From a virus, in the IMG/VR virus record IMGVR_UViG_3300045988_151351, positions 128,001 through 192,000 of that record: a stretch of 64,000 nucleotides of DNA. The stretch is one strand, 5' to 3'. The stretch's first letter is position 1, and the number at the start of each line of letters is the position of its first letter. The notes under the pieces are model-generated. The model was not told the DNA's origin. It ran no database searches and saw only the letters and a program-made list of their open reading frames with translations. A program made the position numbers and the translations under genes. Shown piece by piece: positions 61,382 to 64,000 of the stretch.

Positions 61382-62602
61382 ATGGCTGAAAAGACATTAA
61401 AAACTCGTATTTTATTACGCAATGACAGTGCCGCAAATTGGGAAGCCAATAAAACAACTGTCCTGAAAAAAGGCGAAATTGGCATTGAAATTGATACTAA
61501 TAAAATGAAAATTGGTGATGGTGTAACTGCTTATGGTAACTTAAAGTACTTTGGCGGTGAAGCTGCACTTAATTTTGAAGTATTTCCAAAAGGCGAAACA
61601 ACTGATATTGAAGCGATTAACGCGGCTGTTGGTGATACTGAGATTCACAATGGTGATACTGCTATTGTAAAACGTGATATTGCTGGTGGTAAATCTTCCT
61701 ATACCGCATATGTTTATGATGGCGAATGGAAGGCTATGGATGGCAATTATCGTGCTGATAATGTTTATTTTGATGAAGATCTAATTTATACTGCTAATAT
61801 TGGCGTAAAGACTGTTCCTAGTTCTGGTTCTGGTACTATTGATGCTGCTGGTAAGAATGTTGAAGAAGTTCTTAAATCTATTCTCGCCGCTGAAAAGAAT
61901 CCTAGTAATACAAAACCTTCTGTTTCTTTTAGTACTCAAAGTGGTTTTGGTACTTTCGAGATTGGTACTAAGAAGAATTTGACTTATACTGCTGCTCTAT
62001 CTGCTGGTAGTTATACCTACGGTCCTGCTACAGGTATTACTGCTCAGTCTTGGGAAGTTAGTTGTACTGGTGTTGAAGGTTCTAAGGATACTGCTACTGG
62101 CACTTTTGAAAACGTAATTGCTGAATCTACGGCTAAGAAGATTACTGCCAAGGCTAACTATAATGAAGGTGCTATTCCTAAGACTAATCTTGGTAATCCT
62201 TATCCTAATGCTAAAATCGCAGCAGGGAGTGCTTCTAAAGATTCTAATTCTTTGATTGGTGTTCGTCATATGTTCTATGGTGTTCTTAAATCTGATGCCG
62301 TTCTTGACAGTAGTGTTATTCGTAGATTAAATCATGAAGCTGCTGATAAAAAGACTATCACTACTTTTGGAGCAGGTGCTGGAGCAGTTAAAGTTGTCAT
62401 TGCTTGTCCTGCTGGATATAATGTAACTAAGGTTCTTATGCCTAGTGCTATGAATGCTGATGCTACTGCTAACTTTGTAAAACAAGCTGGCACTGTTAAT
62501 GTTGAAGGTGCTGAGGGCTACACCGCAGTTCCTTATACTATTTGGATGTATAAACCAGCTTCAATTGATGCCAGCGAAACTTATGCTGTCACAATTGGTT
62601 AA
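61382..62602 (+). CDS. tail fibre protein, 406 aa, TAG-free, with the same N-terminal motif
   Basis: TRILLRNDSAANWEANKTTVLKKGEIGIEIDTNKMKIGDGVTAYGNLKY. Confidence 0.6.
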   Translation: MAEKTLKTRILLRNDSAANWEANKTTVLKKGEIGIEIDTNKMKIGDGVTAYGNLKYFGGEAALNFEVFPKGETTDIEAINAAVGDTEIHNGDTAIVKRDIAGGKSSYTAYVYDGEWKAMDGNYRADNVYFDEDLIYTANIGVKTVPSSGSGTIDAAGKNVEEVLKSILAAEKNPSNTKPSVSFSTQSGFGTFEIGTKKNLTYTAALSAGSYTYGPATGITAQSWEVSCTGVEGSKDTATGTFENVIAESTAKKITAKANYNEGAIPKTNLGNPYPNAKIAAGSASKDSNSLIGVRHMFYGVLKSDAVLDSSVIRRLNHEAADKKTITTFGAGAGAVKVVIACPAGYNVTKVLMPSAMNADATANFVKQAGTVNVEGAEGYTAVPYTIWMYKPASIDASETYAVTIG

Positions 62603-62626
62603 TTTATAAAGGAGGAATAAAATAAT

Positions 62627-64000
62627 ATGGCTACTATTTATGATAAGAATGCCGCTTATATGGCTCTTCCTATGAATATCAAGCGTGGTAATCCAATCCC
62701 ACTTGATACTACTGCTGTATGGGATAATAAAGCTGAATTAGAAGCATATGCTAAGTCTGGTGCCACTTCTTATGTCGGTCAAATTTTAACATTATTCGCT
62801 GATGGTGTTGCTGAAGCTTATTTAATTAGTAATGAAGCAGGCGATCTTGTTAAATTAGCTCAAACTTCTGGCACTGGTGATGTTAGTACTGATATTGCTA
62901 ATTTAAATAAGAAAATTAATTCTCTCGTAACTGAAATTGGTAAAGCTTCTACTGAGACTGAAAGTGCTAGTGGTTTATATGCTTTAATTGAAGCTGCCAA
63001 AAAGCAAGCAGATAAGGGTGTTGCTGATGCTAAAGCTGCTGATGATAAAGCTCAAAGCGCTCAAAATGATCTTGATGCTCTTGAAGCTGTTGTTGGTGCT
63101 GACGATACTGCTGGACTTCGTAAGCGCATTAAAGCTAATGAAGACGCTATCGGTGTTTTAAATGGTACTGGCGAGGGTTCTGTTGATAAAGCGGTTAAAG
63201 ACGCCATTGATGATTTTGCTAACAAAGTCACTGACGATGGTACTATTAATACTTTTAAAGAATTAGTTGATTGGGTTGCAGAACATCCTGAAGTCGCGCA
63301 AGGTTTAACTACTGAAATTAATGCTTTAAAGACGATTCTTGCAGGATTTGGTACTGCTGAAGGCGAAACCGCTACTGTTAAAAAATATGTAGATGATGCG
63401 GTTGCTGCTCTTAAGATCGGTGATTATGCTAAAGCTGCTGATCTAACGGCTCTTGCTGAACGTGTTAGCACTCTTGAAGGAAAACCAGCAGCTTCTATTA
63501 CTCAAGAATAGATTGATGCTTGGACCGCAAAGCAAGATGCTGGCGATTTTGTTGAAAAGTCTGCTTATAATACTAAAGTAAAAGCTTTGGAGGAAGCAGA
63601 TGCAGCTAATGCAACTGCTATTGCTGGTGTAAAAACAACTGCTGAAGCTGCTGTAAAAGCTAATGATGCCATTACTGCCGGAACTGCGACTAAGATTACT
63701 TATGATGCTAAAGGTCTTGTTACCAGAGGTGAATCTCTTACTGTTGATGACCTTCCTGAGCTTCCTCAAAGTAAGATTGCAGGATTGGGTGATGCTTTAA
63801 ACGCTAAGCAAGATAACCTTGTATTTGATGGAAATTACTCTGCAAGTAATAAAGTCGCAACTGTTGCTACTGTTAATACTGCAAGAGATAATTTAATTCA
63901 TACTCTTGGCGGCGATGATGGCGTTACTGATATTGATACTGAAAATAGTGATACTATCCATGGCGCTAAAATATATGCTAAAGCTCGTGCTGATGCCGCT
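62627..64000 (+). CDS. tail fibre protein, Ala-rich coiled-coil shaft; continues beyond the window; at least 1 TAG codon at about 63512
   Basis: ORF 62627..63511 continues in frame through a TAG to the window end. Confidence 0.5.

Overview
This 64 kb window looks like a large slice of a tailed dsDNA phage genome. AT is about 70 % outside one GC-richer block.

By strand and position:
- 1-13000, minus strand: head and packaging module. In transcription order: HNH protein, a zinc-ribbon/acidic TerS candidate, TerL, portal, a maturation/scaffold fusion, an unknown protein, an HK97-like major capsid protein, then a terminator and further virion genes.
- 13.2-15.2 kb, plus strand: a lysis cassette with a holin-like protein and a SleB-family lipoprotein cell-wall hydrolase.
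- 16.0-30.5 kb, plus strand: an early block of about 35 mini-cistrons at higher GC. Almost every gene has its own near-consensus sigma-A-type promoter (TTGACAAAC-N15-TGnTATAAT) and a stereotyped leader and RBS. The block also carries a composite regulatory element that recurs about every 2 kb.
- 31.0-33.3 kb: minus-strand HTH regulators, with dense repeats on both flanks.
- 33.4-48.5 kb, plus strand: a middle block driven by a second, AT-rich promoter family fused to upstream terminators.
- 48.6-58.8 kb, plus strand: a tRNA island with at least 21 tRNA or tRNA-like genes, two GIY-YIG endonucleases and an AAA+ ATPase.
- From 59.5 kb, plus strand: tail-fibre genes.

The key observation is that TAG is not a stop in this genome. 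Many structural, middle and island genes only form continuous, sensible ORFs when in-frame TAG is read through. The early block has none in the ORFs checked. A canonical tRNA with anticodon CUA and glutamine-like identity features is encoded at 58653-58727. Coordinates of recoded genes and of RNA features are hand-derived and approximate to within a few nt.
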